64,000 nucleotides of DNA from an uncultured Bdellovibrionales bacterium (GTDB lineage Bacteria; Patescibacteriota; Minisyncoccia; Moranbacterales; UBA1568): NCBI GenBank assembly GCA_964594215.1, contig CAZQLN010000003.1, forward strand, positions 25,447 to 89,446. Reading direction: 5' to 3'. Below, one piece after another: positions 27,843 through 37,357 of this stretch. Under the pieces are notes generated by a model that made no database searches, had not been told where the DNA came from, and saw nothing but the letters and a program-made list of their open reading frames with translations. A program made the position numbers and the translations under genes. The stretch's first letter is position 1; each line of letters begins with the position of its first letter.

Positions 27843-27875
27843 GCCCCAGCTCAATATAAAAGCTGGGGCTTTTTT
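27843..27875 (+). terminator. intrinsic terminator
   Basis: Perfect 9-bp stem gccccagct/agctggggc, 9-nt loop, then TTTTTT. Confidence 0.7.
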
Positions 27876-27901
27876 GAGTAAAAGTTCGTTAACAATCAAA
27901 A

Positions 27902-29089
27902 ATGGAGATTGATATGGAAAAGCTTCAGTCAAATATCTGGAAGCTGTCGATGATTCGAGTTTTCAGGAGCTTCATGTTGATCATGTCAGTGATCACTCTC
28001 TTTTATCGAGAGAATGGTTTGACAGTACACGATATATTTTTGCTTCAAGCAATTTTTTCCCTCTTTGTTCTGTCGCTCGATATACCCACGGGGTATTTTG
28101 CTGACATATTTACTCGCAGAGCCTCCATTGTGATTGGAGGCATCATCTCAACTCTTGGTTGGGTGGTATACGCTCTGTCACTTGGTTTCTGGGGATTTCT
28201 CTTAGCTGAGATTATCTTGGGTATTGGCATGAGCTTCATATCAAGTGCTGATTCGGCGATGCTCCATGATACCCTCCAGGCCATGACTCGAGAAGAGGAG
28301 TACGGAAAGCAAGAGTCAAAAAATCAGGGACTAGGACTTTATTCTGAGGCAATTTCTTCTGTGATAGGGGGTTCACTGGCAGTAATTAGCTTGAGACTAC
28401 CGCTGATAGTTGATATTTTCACCACAGCTCTTATTATTCCACTCGCTCTTTCTTTGACTGAGCCAGTGAGGATAAGAATCTCTCAGCAGAAGTCACATCT
28501 CAAAGAGATGCTTGAGGTGGTACGCTATGCCCTTTTTGGACATAAAGAGGTCGGATTACTCATTTTATATTATGGATTAGTGAGTGCCTCTACCCTTACC
28601 ATGGTCTGGTTTAGTCAGCCGTACATGTTGGCTTCTGGTTTGCCTATTATGTATTTCGGAATTGTCTGGTCTGGACTTCTCCTCACAACAGGTTTTCTCA
28701 CGGGTAAAGCTGAACGTATTGAAAAGTTCTTCGGAAGAAAGAATGCACTGATTACTTTATGGCTGCTCCCTGTCTTAGGGTATACCTTAACTGGGATCTT
28801 TATGCCAGTTTGGAGCTTTAGCTTTCTACTCTGCTTCTATGTGACAAGGGGAGTGATTAATCCAGTACTTCTGGATTATACTAATAGACTGATAGCATCA
28901 GATATACGAGCCACAGTTCTTTCGGTGAAGAGTGTGCCAGGAAGATTGATCTTTATGATTCTTGGACCAGGTGTGAGTTATATCAGTGATAGTGTTTCAC
29001 TACAAGTGGCCCTTCTAGTCACTGGCGGAGTATTTTTTCTTGGTGGGGGGATAGTTATCCTTTTGATGTATCGAGCAAGAGTACTTTAA
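27902..29089 (+). CDS. MFS-type transporter (12 predicted TMs)
   Basis: Hydrophobicity pattern and MFS-like loop motifs; 395 aa. Confidence 0.65.
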   Translation: MEIDMEKLQSNIWKLSMIRVFRSFMLIMSVITLFYRENGLTVHDIFLLQAIFSLFVLSLDIPTGYFADIFTRRASIVIGGIISTLGWVVYALSLGFWGFLLAEIILGIGMSFISSADSAMLHDTLQAMTREEEYGKQESKNQGLGLYSEAISSVIGGSLAVISLRLPLIVDIFTTALIIPLALSLTEPVRIRISQQKSHLKEMLEVVRYALFGHKEVGLLILYYGLVSASTLTMVWFSQPYMLASGLPIMYFGIVWSGLLLTTGFLTGKAERIEKFFGRKNALITLWLLPVLGYTLTGIFMPVWSFSFLLCFYVTRGVINPVLLDYTNRLIASDIRATVLSVKSVPGRLIFMILGPGVSYISDSVSLQVALLVTGGVFFLGGGIVILLMYRARVL

Positions 29090-29091
29090 GT

Positions 29092-29137
29092 AAAGCGGTG
29101 GGTATTGTTAATACCTCACCGCTTTTTCTTTTTTTGG
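29092..29137 (+). terminator. intrinsic terminator
   Basis: aaagcggtgggtat…atacctcaccgcttt stem with one bulge, followed by tttttctttttttgg. Confidence 0.7.
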
Positions 29138-29248
29138 AGAATAAGCTCATAGCGGAACCCTTGACTTTTAGGAGTTTTGGGTGTATAATAGTACGTTGCA
29201 GTGGTAATTTTGCTTCTGCACAACAGTTCTTACACAAGGAGATAAACC

Positions 29249-29797
29249 GTGTTTCATTCGCTGCGTACATTCGCCGCGAAGATCGCGGCGAATATTATAT
29301 CTCATCGAGTACGGATAGGTACGATAGCTGTAGGTATTGCTACGAACAAGACCATTAATTGGACTTTCGAATTCGTACTCTATCCACTAGTTATTGCACG
29401 TCTTGGCCTGATAATAGGCGGCAGTGTGATGACAATTCTCTCTTTTGTACTATCATATCTTATGCTTTTGGGGTACACCTGGTCAAAGCGTGATTGGCTA
29501 GGGATTGAAACTCTAAAGAATTTAAGAGAGCATTCTGGTGCAAATCGGTGGCAAAAATATATGGCCCAGGTAATGCGAAGAGGAAATTGGCTAGCGTTCA
29601 TTTTTCTCTCAGTGTTTTCTGAACCTGTTGTTACAACGCTGTATATGCGTCGTGGCGCCCACGAGTACAATAAGTTAGATAGAAGTGACTGGCAGATTTT
29701 TGTTGCCTCAACTTTGATTAGCAACTTCTTTTGGACACTCGGAGTAGGCTTCTTGATATGGCTCTTTCGAATGTTTATTGGATCAACTGGCGCATGA
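29249..29797 (+). CDS. hypothetical integral membrane protein (GTG start)
   Basis: AAGGAG (29236-29241) 7 nt upstream of GTG 29249; about 4 TM segments. Confidence 0.5.
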   Translation: MFHSLRTFAAKIAANIISHRVRIGTIAVGIATNKTINWTFEFVLYPLVIARLGLIIGGSVMTILSFVLSYLMLLGYTWSKRDWLGIETLKNLREHSGANRWQKYMAQVMRRGNWLAFIFLSVFSEPVVTTLYMRRGAHEYNKLDRSDWQIFVASTLISNFFWTLGVGFLIWLFRMFIGSTGA

Positions 29798-29829
29798 TTT
29801 AACTAAGGGTTAATCATGCGTCTTTTTTC

Positions 29830-29858
29830 TTGCCCTTTTTGCTTAAATTCTATACAAT
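29830..29858 (+). promoter_or_regulatory. putative promoter TTGCCC-N17-TACAAT upstream of the Cys-rich/HK gene block
   Basis: Hexamers and spacing read directly; 24 nt upstream of the ATG at 29882. Confidence 0.35.
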
Positions 29859-29881
29859 TTAATTAAGAAACAAAAACTTCT

Positions 29882-30295
29882 ATGAGGAATGGACGAACTT
29901 GGGTGTATCTTTTGGGGTTTTTAATTTTGCTTTCCTCGGCAATCCTTTTCTATAGGATCTTTATCCTAAAGGACTATATCATTACTGCTCAGAGCCAGTG
30001 TAACCCTAACCTAGAAACCTGTTTTGTTATTGATTGTACTGAAGGTGATTTAGAGTGTGAAGGACCTACTTACTATAGGAATATTAAAGTGAGAGCAGTT
30101 GACACAACTTGTGGTTTAGAAGATCCGAGGTGTTTGTATGATTTTGCTTGTAGTGAAGAGTCAGGAAATTGCGAAATTGAGTACTGTGATGATTCGAATG
30201 TTCTTGAAGAAGAACGTTGTAGCGGTGAGGAGGATAAAGAAGTTCAGGAACTAGAAGACACCGGTGCTACAGAAGAGATTGAAACAGTATTATGA
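29882..30295 (+). CDS. membrane-anchored, Cys-rich (11 Cys) acidic extracytoplasmic protein, paralog A
   Basis: N-terminal TM; CNPNLETCFVIDCTEGDLECEGPTYY…CEIEYCDD; similar to 32766..33362. Confidence 0.6.
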   Translation: MRNGRTWVYLLGFLILLSSAILFYRIFILKDYIITAQSQCNPNLETCFVIDCTEGDLECEGPTYYRNIKVRAVDTTCGLEDPRCLYDFACSEESGNCEIEYCDDSNVLEEERCSGEEDKEVQELEDTGATEEIETVL

Positions 30296-31068
30296 ATGAA
30301 TTAGTAAATCACGATAAAAATGGCGTTTATAGCAAGTTTTTTGATGCTATAACAGAAGTAAAGGCTCGCTGGGAAAATGATGATTTAAGAAAGGCTGTCG
30401 AAGAAAGGTTGGGAGGTGATATACCAGAAGTTTTTCAACAAGGTCCAAAGGCAACTATTGTAAGGTATATTGCTAGTCCTAATGTAGAGTCCTATTACTT
30501 TCATGATTTAGCAGAGTTAAGTGGCTTGGATCCTTTATATCTTGAGTTTACACAAGATAAGTTTGTAGCTAAAAATCCCTCAAAGTATCATTTGTGTAAA
30601 CTATCCTCAGTAAGTGAGGAAAATAGTGGTGAAAAGTCCGTAAAGGTTGTAGATTTTAATAAGTATGAGGGTAAGCTCCTGAGTGAGATTGAGACATTGA
30701 ATGGAAAAAGGTTAGTTCAATTCCACCATGATCTTTTCACTAAATCTAGTGCCGGAATACAGAAGCCTTTTATATACGATTTCTCAGAATGGTTTCTAAA
30801 GCATAGGAATAAGAATGGTTTCTACTATTTCGACTATCTTGCACTTTTTGTTTGTCATGGCGTCCTTTTTGAAAATTTCTTAGGAGACAAAGAAGAGTCT
30901 AATTTCACAGATGAAATAGTTAAGCCTGCTTTTGAGGAAATAGAGAGAGTTTTCGGTGTTAAACCTCTTATTTTTCCTTTACAGCCTATCAAAGTTGAGG
31001 AACATAAAAATTGGTATGGGTATAAGGACGCTTTACTCGAAGAAATTAGAGAAGAAATAACAAAATAG
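30292..31068 (+). CDS. hypothetical cytoplasmic protein
   Basis: 258-aa ORF overlapping the upstream stop by 4 nt; no motif recognised. Confidence 0.5.
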   Translation: MNELVNHDKNGVYSKFFDAITEVKARWENDDLRKAVEERLGGDIPEVFQQGPKATIVRYIASPNVESYYFHDLAELSGLDPLYLEFTQDKFVAKNPSKYHLCKLSSVSEENSGEKSVKVVDFNKYEGKLLSEIETLNGKRLVQFHHDLFTKSSAGIQKPFIYDFSEWFLKHRNKNGFYYFDYLALFVCHGVLFENFLGDKEESNFTDEIVKPAFEEIERVFGVKPLIFPLQPIKVEEHKNWYGYKDALLEEIREEITK

Positions 31069-31070
31069 AT

Positions 31071-32762
31071 ATGGATAGTTTAATTGTAGGAAATTTAGAG
31101 TATTGCGGAGAGATTGTTCAAGATACTGTGGATTTGCTTTATTATTCACACTTTTCTACCATTATTCTCTCACTTTTTATTTCATCTTTTGTTTTTTTTA
31201 AAAATAGAAGTTCTGTTGCTGCTAAGCTTCTTTTTGTAATGTGTTTAACTTTTGCGTTGTGGACTTCTGTTGATCTTACGGTATGGCTCACGTATGATTT
31301 CTCGGCTCTTTCAGTTTTTTTATGGGCCTTTTTTGGAATTTTCTATCTTCTTATATTTGTTTTCGCATATATTTTTTTTGCTGTTTTTTCTCAAGAAAAG
31401 GACGACATTTCTCTCGGAGAAAAAACATTTCTTTCATTTTTAATTGCCCCCGTAATTCTCTTGATGCCATTTCAGTACAACGTGGTTGGATACGATGCCG
31501 TTGATTGCATTGTTACGGAGGGCACTTTCTATTCAAGTTACTACTATTTAGCAAGTCTCCTTATAATCTTTGCTGTCTTTTTAAAGGGCATACTTGTTTA
31601 TAAAAAAACTGAACAAAAGGAGAAAAAACAACAAATATTGTACTTATTAGCAGGCCTTATTCCTTTCCTTTCGTTATTCTTTTCTCTTGGATTTCTGGTC
31701 TCATATCTTGTGAATAACGGAGTAATTGGAGAATTTGGTTTTGAACAGTATGGACTTTTTGGAATGCCTATCTTTGTAGCTATTATTGGTTATATAGTTG
31801 TTCGTTTTAAAGCTTTTGATGTTAAGTTAATCGGAGCACAGGCGCTGATATTCATTCTGGTTGCTCTTATTGGGTCTCAGTTTTTTTATGCAAAATCTCA
31901 GACTGACTATACCTTAGATGCACTTACTTTGATTGCTGTACTTATTGTAGGATACTTTCTAATTCGTTCAGTCAAAAAAGAAATTGAAAGGAAAGAACAA
32001 TTAGAGAAGTTGTCATATAGCTTAGAAAAGGCTAATGATCGGCTCGAGGAGCTCGACAAGCAGAAGTCGGAGTTTATCTCGATTGCTTCACACCAGCTTC
32101 GTACACCGCTGACCGCTATTCGAGGGTATATCTCGCTGGCACTCGAGGGAGCTTATGGTAAGGTCAAGGGGACTCCGATAGAAGATATAATGAATAAGAT
32201 GTACACCATCGATCTGCGACTCTCACAGTTGGTGGAGGATCTGCTCAATGTTTCTAAGATCGAAGCTGGTAAAGTGCAATACAAATGGGAGAGTGTCACT
32301 CTCGATCCTATTGTGAGTGAACTCTATGATATGTTTGCTGTTTTGGCTGAGAAGAAAGGGCTCAAACTTCACATGATCAAACCAGAGACTCAGCTTCCAG
32401 TAATGAAGCTTGATATCAATAAAATCAAAGAGATTCTCTCTAACCTGATCGATAATGCTATCAAATACACAGAGAAGGGCAGCGTGACTATCCGAGTAGA
32501 GCAAGATGCTACAGTAGCTCGAGTAGTGATCGAGGACACTGGTATCGGTATTTCCAAAGAGGATGCTTTGCGTTTATTCGGGAAGTTTATCCGTACGGAG
32601 ACTACTCAGAAGATGGATGCTGGTGGTAGCGGGCTCGGCTTGTTTGTGGGCAAGACTTTTGTTGAGGGTCATGGCGGAAGAGTCTATGCTACGAGTGAGG
32701 GTGTAGGTAAGGGTTCGAGCTTCATCGTAGAGTTGCCTCTGATTAATCCAAATGCTTCTTAG
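31071..32762 (+). CDS. sensor histidine kinase with about 8-TM membrane-embedded sensor domain (HisKA + HATPase_c)
   Basis: H-box SHQLRTPLTAIRGY; N, G1 (DTGIGI), G2 (GGSGLGL) boxes; N-terminal 300 aa polytopic. Confidence 0.8.
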   Translation: MDSLIVGNLEYCGEIVQDTVDLLYYSHFSTIILSLFISSFVFFKNRSSVAAKLLFVMCLTFALWTSVDLTVWLTYDFSALSVFLWAFFGIFYLLIFVFAYIFFAVFSQEKDDISLGEKTFLSFLIAPVILLMPFQYNVVGYDAVDCIVTEGTFYSSYYYLASLLIIFAVFLKGILVYKKTEQKEKKQQILYLLAGLIPFLSLFFSLGFLVSYLVNNGVIGEFGFEQYGLFGMPIFVAIIGYIVVRFKAFDVKLIGAQALIFILVALIGSQFFYAKSQTDYTLDALTLIAVLIVGYFLIRSVKKEIERKEQLEKLSYSLEKANDRLEELDKQKSEFISIASHQLRTPLTAIRGYISLALEGAYGKVKGTPIEDIMNKMYTIDLRLSQLVEDLLNVSKIEAGKVQYKWESVTLDPIVSELYDMFAVLAEKKGLKLHMIKPETQLPVMKLDINKIKEILSNLIDNAIKYTEKGSVTIRVEQDATVARVVIEDTGIGISKEDALRLFGKFIRTETTQKMDAGGSGLGLFVGKTFVEGHGGRVYATSEGVGKGSSFIVELPLINPNAS

Positions 32763-32765
32763 CCT

Positions 32766-33362
32766 ATGAATGTCAAAGATACATTTCTGGTAGTTCTATG
32801 GATCATCATTTTTGGCGTTTCTACAGCTGTATCTTTCAAGGTGTATTTCTTAGACAAGGATTATGATTTTGTGACTCTAGTTCCTTGTGATCCTATGACA
32901 GAAGTGTGTTTTGTGGCAACGTGTGATCCAGAGAGTGACACATACTTAGAAGATATCTGTTTGACTGCAGAAGAAGGGCAGACAGAGAGGTATTTCAACT
33001 ATATTAGAAAGAAAATGAAGAATGTAGACCAGTGTGATTCTCGTGATGAAGAATGTGCGCCTCTTGTTTGTGAGGAAAATGAAGAGGGGTGCGAGATAAT
33101 TACCTGTAACGAAGAAACGTTAGCAGAGTATGCAGATGAGGGCACTGAGTGTAGTGAGATAATTATCCCAGAAGAAGAGACTGTAGAAGAAGAATCAACT
33201 GAAGCAGCCCCCGAAGAAGAGGTTCCTTCAGCTTCTCCAGAAACAGAAGTAGCTCCAGCGCCTGTGGTTGAAGAGACTATACCTCAGACAGCTCCAGAAC
33301 CAGCTCCGGCCCCTACGGAAGCTCCTCTAGATTCAGAGCCAACCCATAACCTGCCTATTTAA
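32766..33362 (+). CDS. membrane-anchored Cys-rich acidic extracytoplasmic protein, paralog B, with Pro/Glu-rich tail
   Basis: CDPMTEVCFVATCDPESDTYLEDIC…CEIITCNEE; tail PEEETVEEE…PAPAPTEAP. Confidence 0.6.
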   Translation: MNVKDTFLVVLWIIIFGVSTAVSFKVYFLDKDYDFVTLVPCDPMTEVCFVATCDPESDTYLEDICLTAEEGQTERYFNYIRKKMKNVDQCDSRDEECAPLVCEENEEGCEIITCNEETLAEYADEGTECSEIIIPEEETVEEESTEAAPEEEVPSASPETEVAPAPVVEETIPQTAPEPAPAPTEAPLDSEPTHNLPI

Positions 33363-33371
33363 AGTACGTCT

Positions 33372-35072
33372 ATGTTTAATCCACTTGCCTGTGAATGGGT
33401 ACCAACGACACTGATAGGGCTTTCTGCCAATGTATCGGACAATGTCATCTACTATTCTCACTATGGGCCGCTTCTTTTGGCCGTAGCTATGTTTTTGTTT
33501 ATCTTTTTTACTGACAGAGCTCTTTATCTTAACAAGGTATTGATGACCATGATTGGTTTTGTGTGTCTGTGGGTAATGACAGATATGTATCTCTGGGTAG
33601 CAGCCACTGGTCATGAAACAATGTTCTTCTGGGCAATTCTAGTTTTCTTTGAAACCTCAATCTATGTTTCAGCTCTGTATTTTACGTATGTTTTCATTCA
33701 GCAGAAAGCACCACACTTTTTCTTCAAACTGCTAGGAGTTTTATTTTATTTAGCACCAGCTATTCTTTTGCCAACTAAGTATACTCTTGATTTTTATGAC
33801 TTACGGAATTGTGATCGTGATGTCGTAGAGGGTCCAGTGATCTTTTATCTCTATATTCCATATGGAGCTATCATGGCCCTTATTGCTTGTATCGCACTCT
33901 ATGGTGCCTGGAAGCAACGTGAGCGAGCTCGAGAGATTCTCACGGTTAGTTTCGGAGCTCTGATGTTCCTCTCTACCTTCTTCTGGGGCTTGGTGGCTGG
34001 ATCTTTCACTGAGGATTGGCTTTTGAGTCAGGCAGGATTGTTCGGTCTGCCGGTGTTTATTGGTTTCTTAGCTTATGCCACTACTCGTTATGAGACCCTT
34101 AGAGTTAAGCTGGTTTCTGTGCAGTTCTTCGTGGCTTCAGTCATGCTCCTTATTGGAGCACAGTTGTTCTTCGTGGAGGAGACACTAGGTATCATCTTGA
34201 TCATTTGTACTCTTATTCTTACTACTTTGTTTAGTATGATCATGACAAGGGCTATCAAGACAGAGTTGAAACGTAAAGAAGATCTTCAAGAATTAACCGT
34301 ATCTCTCACCACTGCTAACAAGCAACTCAAAGAGCTCGATAATGCTAAGACGGAGTTCCTCTCGATTGCTTCTCACCAGCTCCGTACGCCGCTAACCGCT
34401 ATCAAGGGCTATATTTCATTGATTCTCGAAGGCTCCTATGGTGAGGTGAGTGCGAGTGTGCAAGATGTTTTGAATAAGCTCTATCTGGTGAATAGTCGCA
34501 TGGTTAATCTGGCAGAGGATCTCTTGAACGTGACCCGTATCGATGCTGGTCGAGTCCAGTACAATTATCACAAGGCTGTACTTGAAAAAGTGCTACAGGA
34601 AGCGGTAGAGGTATTTCGTCTCACCGCTCAAGAAAAGGGTCTGGTTTTGACCCTCGACCTACCAGAAACTCCGCTACCAGAAATGATGATTGATGCTCGT
34701 AAGATCCAGGAAGTATGTTCAAATTTGATTGATAACTCGATCAAATATACCAAACAGGGCAGCGTGGCGGTCAAGTTGGAAGCCTTACAAGATCGAGCGG
34801 TTATTAGTGTCAAGGATACGGGTATTGGTATTCTTCCGGAAAACAAAGATAAACTTTTCGCCAAATTCGTACGCAGTAAAGAGACAAATATTCTTGATGT
34901 TTCTGGTACGGGCCTGGGTCTGTATGTGGGCAAGAACTTCGTGGAGGCTCATGGAGGACGGATTTATGCTGAATCAGAGGGTAGGGATATGGGATCTAAG
35001 TTCATTATCGAACTTCCATATATCAATCCTATGCTCAATGCCATCTCTCCAAACTGGATGATCGAGAATTAG
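33372..35072 (+). CDS. sensor histidine kinase, paralog of 31071..32762 (multi-TM sensor + HisKA + HATPase_c)
   Basis: H-box SHQLRTPLTAIKGY, DTGIGI, GTGLGL; same N-terminal topology (YYSHY… region). Confidence 0.8.
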   Translation: MFNPLACEWVPTTLIGLSANVSDNVIYYSHYGPLLLAVAMFLFIFFTDRALYLNKVLMTMIGFVCLWVMTDMYLWVAATGHETMFFWAILVFFETSIYVSALYFTYVFIQQKAPHFFFKLLGVLFYLAPAILLPTKYTLDFYDLRNCDRDVVEGPVIFYLYIPYGAIMALIACIALYGAWKQRERAREILTVSFGALMFLSTFFWGLVAGSFTEDWLLSQAGLFGLPVFIGFLAYATTRYETLRVKLVSVQFFVASVMLLIGAQLFFVEETLGIILIICTLILTTLFSMIMTRAIKTELKRKEDLQELTVSLTTANKQLKELDNAKTEFLSIASHQLRTPLTAIKGYISLILEGSYGEVSASVQDVLNKLYLVNSRMVNLAEDLLNVTRIDAGRVQYNYHKAVLEKVLQEAVEVFRLTAQEKGLVLTLDLPETPLPEMMIDARKIQEVCSNLIDNSIKYTKQGSVAVKLEALQDRAVISVKDTGIGILPENKDKLFAKFVRSKETNILDVSGTGLGLYVGKNFVEAHGGRIYAESEGRDMGSKFIIELPYINPMLNAISPNWMIEN

Positions 35073-35080
35073 AGGGTAAT

Positions 35081-35109
35081 TTGTAAAAACCCTTCTATTG
35101 AGGTATATT
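35081..35109 (+). promoter_or_regulatory. putative promoter TTGTAA-N17-TATATT upstream of the response-regulator gene
   Basis: Direct reading; 22 nt before the ATG at 35132. Confidence 0.3.
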
Positions 35110-35131
35110 TAAGGTACTAATTTGATATTTT

Positions 35132-35971
35132 ATGGCTCGAGTCCTTCTTGTAGAAGATGATCCGTTCATCGGTGAAATCTATATCAAAAAATTTGAAGCA
35201 TCTGGTTTTGACGTGCTCAATGTGGTAACCGGTAAGGCTGTATTGAAGGCGGTAGCTGAAAACGGACCTTTTGATATCGTCCTCTTGGATTTAGTCATAC
35301 CTGAAATGAGTGGTATGGAGGTGCTCCAAGAGCTTCGTACCAAACCTGATTATCCGAAGGACCTTAAGATAGTGGTTTTCAGTAATCTATCCAGTCAGGA
35401 GGATAGAGATCAGTGTATAGCCCTTGGTGCCAACGGCTTCATCTCCAAGACAGAATTTTCACCTTCAGAGGTTATCGAAGAGGTGAATCGTTTTCTTCGT
35501 CAGTGGAGTGAGCAGGGAAAAAATGAGGTTCGTATGAATCCAGCCCCAGCTACTCCTACCACAGAAACTGCTGCGCCAGCTCCTGCTACTACCGCTAAGA
35601 AGATTCTTCTTATTGAAGATCAAGAAGATTTCGTAGAGATGTTTGGTAAGCGTCTTCAGGATGAAGGTTATGCAGTGACTATCGCTCGTGATGGCAAGGC
35701 TGGTCTAGATGAAGCAACTGCCAATGACTATGATATGATCATCTCAGATATCTTAATGCCGAGTATGAATGGTCATGAGATGGTAGTGAAGCTTCGTGAG
35801 ACTGAAGCTGGTAGAAATATTCCGATCTTTCTTTTTTCTGCTTCTGTGGAAGTCGAAAATCTTCATGAGTTGACTGAGGCAGGGATAGTCAATCGAGTCT
35901 TCGAGAAGACTCAACTGACCCCAAGTGAACTCGCTTACGCAGTCAATGATTTTTTTGCCGGCAAGAAGTAA
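35132..35971 (+). CDS. response regulator with two tandem receiver (REC) domains and no output domain
   Basis: REC1 VLLVEDDP…DIVLLDLVIPEMSG; Pro/Ala/Thr linker; REC2 ILLIEDQED…DMIISDILMPSMNG. Confidence 0.8.
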   Translation: MARVLLVEDDPFIGEIYIKKFEASGFDVLNVVTGKAVLKAVAENGPFDIVLLDLVIPEMSGMEVLQELRTKPDYPKDLKIVVFSNLSSQEDRDQCIALGANGFISKTEFSPSEVIEEVNRFLRQWSEQGKNEVRMNPAPATPTTETAAPAPATTAKKILLIEDQEDFVEMFGKRLQDEGYAVTIARDGKAGLDEATANDYDMIISDILMPSMNGHEMVVKLRETEAGRNIPIFLFSASVEVENLHELTEAGIVNRVFEKTQLTPSELAYAVNDFFAGKK

Positions 35972-35978
35972 TATTATT

Positions 35979-37298
35979 ATGGAACGAGTGTTGATACAAG
36001 ACGCTCCACAGCATGTTGGAGAAGTCGTGAAAATGAGCGGTTGGATAGATGTCAGAAGGGATCATGGAAAGATGATCTTTTTTGTCTTGCGTGATCGTAC
36101 AGGTCGTATCCAGAGTATCGTACTCCCTGATGCTCCAGAGGTAATAGAGGTGGCTTCTCATGTCAAAATCCAGTCTGCTGTTCAGGTAGAGGGGCTGGTC
36201 AAGGAGCGACCTAACAAAAAAGCCACTCCTGGTAGTTTAGATACTTATGAACTAGAACTAAAAAGTCTCACCGTGCTTGGTAGTCCAGTAGAAGATTTGC
36301 CAATTGATGTCTCCCAAGTGGAGATGGGGCTTCAACTAGATACTCTTTTGAATAATCGTACTATCGCTCTTCGTAATGATAAGATTCGAGGCATATTCAC
36401 TATGTACTCTGAGCTCCTTGCTTCTTACGAACAGGCTATGAGAGGGGCTGGCTTTACCGAAATTAAGACCCCGAAGATTCTTGAGGCAGCGACTGAGGGT
36501 GGAGCGAACTTTTTCAAGATTTCCTATTTTGATCGTGAAGCGTATCTCGCTCAGAGCCCGCAGTTCTACAAGCAAGCGGGTATGAGTGTTTTTGAGAGAG
36601 TCTTCGAAATCGGAACGGTGTTTCGGGCCGAACCTCATTTCACTACTCGCCATGTCAATGAGTACACCGGATTTGATGCCGAGATGGGTTTCATTGAAGG
36701 AGTGGAAGATGTCATGGATGCCCTTGAGGAAGCGATGTATGCCATGTTTGAACATATTGCTAAGCATTGTAGCGCAGAACTGGCTCTGCATGATGCCGAA
36801 GCGCCTGCCCGTGTCGCCGTGCCTCGGATACGTCTCACTGAAGCCCTCGAGATTCTCAAGAAAGAATTTGATAAAGAAGTAGAGGATCAAGATATTGATA
36901 GTGAAGGGGAGAGGATGATTTGTCAGTATGTGAAAGAAAAATACGGAAGTGATATGGTATTTCTCACTCATTATCCGACTCACCTCAGACCTTTTTATAG
37001 TATGCCGAGTACTGATGATCCAAAGTATACAGAAACTTTCGATCTTCTTTTTCGTGGAGTAGAAATTGCCTCAGGTGGTCAGCGTATTCATCTACCAGAA
37101 ATGCTCGAAGAAAGTATCAAAGCCAAAGGCCTAAACCCTGATGATTTCAAAGATTACGTCGATATTTTCCGTTTTGGTACCCCACCACACGGTGGTTGGG
37201 GACTTGGTTCAGAGCGCATCATTCAGAGACTTCTTAATCTTGGAAGTATCAAAGAGGCAGTACTCTATCCGCGTGATGTGAAAAGACTCGCCCCATAA
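35979..37298 (+). CDS. aspS: aspartate--tRNA ligase, short archaeal/eukaryal type (possibly non-discriminating)
   Basis: N-terminal OB fold (GWIDVRRDHGKMIFFVLRDRTG); class II motif 2 (FRAEPHFTTRHVNEYTGFDAE) and motif 3 (GGWGLGSERIIQ). ATG 35979 follows the upstream stop. Confidence 0.85.
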   Translation: MERVLIQDAPQHVGEVVKMSGWIDVRRDHGKMIFFVLRDRTGRIQSIVLPDAPEVIEVASHVKIQSAVQVEGLVKERPNKKATPGSLDTYELELKSLTVLGSPVEDLPIDVSQVEMGLQLDTLLNNRTIALRNDKIRGIFTMYSELLASYEQAMRGAGFTEIKTPKILEAATEGGANFFKISYFDREAYLAQSPQFYKQAGMSVFERVFEIGTVFRAEPHFTTRHVNEYTGFDAEMGFIEGVEDVMDALEEAMYAMFEHIAKHCSAELALHDAEAPARVAVPRIRLTEALEILKKEFDKEVEDQDIDSEGERMICQYVKEKYGSDMVFLTHYPTHLRPFYSMPSTDDPKYTETFDLLFRGVEIASGGQRIHLPEMLEESIKAKGLNPDDFKDYVDIFRFGTPPHGGWGLGSERIIQRLLNLGSIKEAVLYPRDVKRLAP

Positions 37299-37306
37299 GT
37301 GGTCAC

Positions 37307-37335
37307 TTGATAAAAGAAAGAAAAAATGGGATAAT
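37307..37335 (+). promoter_or_regulatory. putative promoter TTGATA-N17-GATAAT upstream of the ABC exporter
   Basis: Direct reading. Confidence 0.3.
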
Positions 37336-37357
37336 ATGATTTATCTCATTTATTTTT

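Noticed and set aside
29098-29358. 86-aa + ORF and 29380..29724 - ORF
   Set aside because: They overlap the terminator and the GTG-start membrane gene 29249..29797, which has a proper AAGGAG RBS.
36336-36983. 215-aa - strand ORF inside aspS
   Set aside because: Lies entirely within the well-supported AspRS gene and has no motifs. Other internal ORFs are similar shadows (190..459, 2206..2628, 39538..39873, 39955..40299, 20880..21221).
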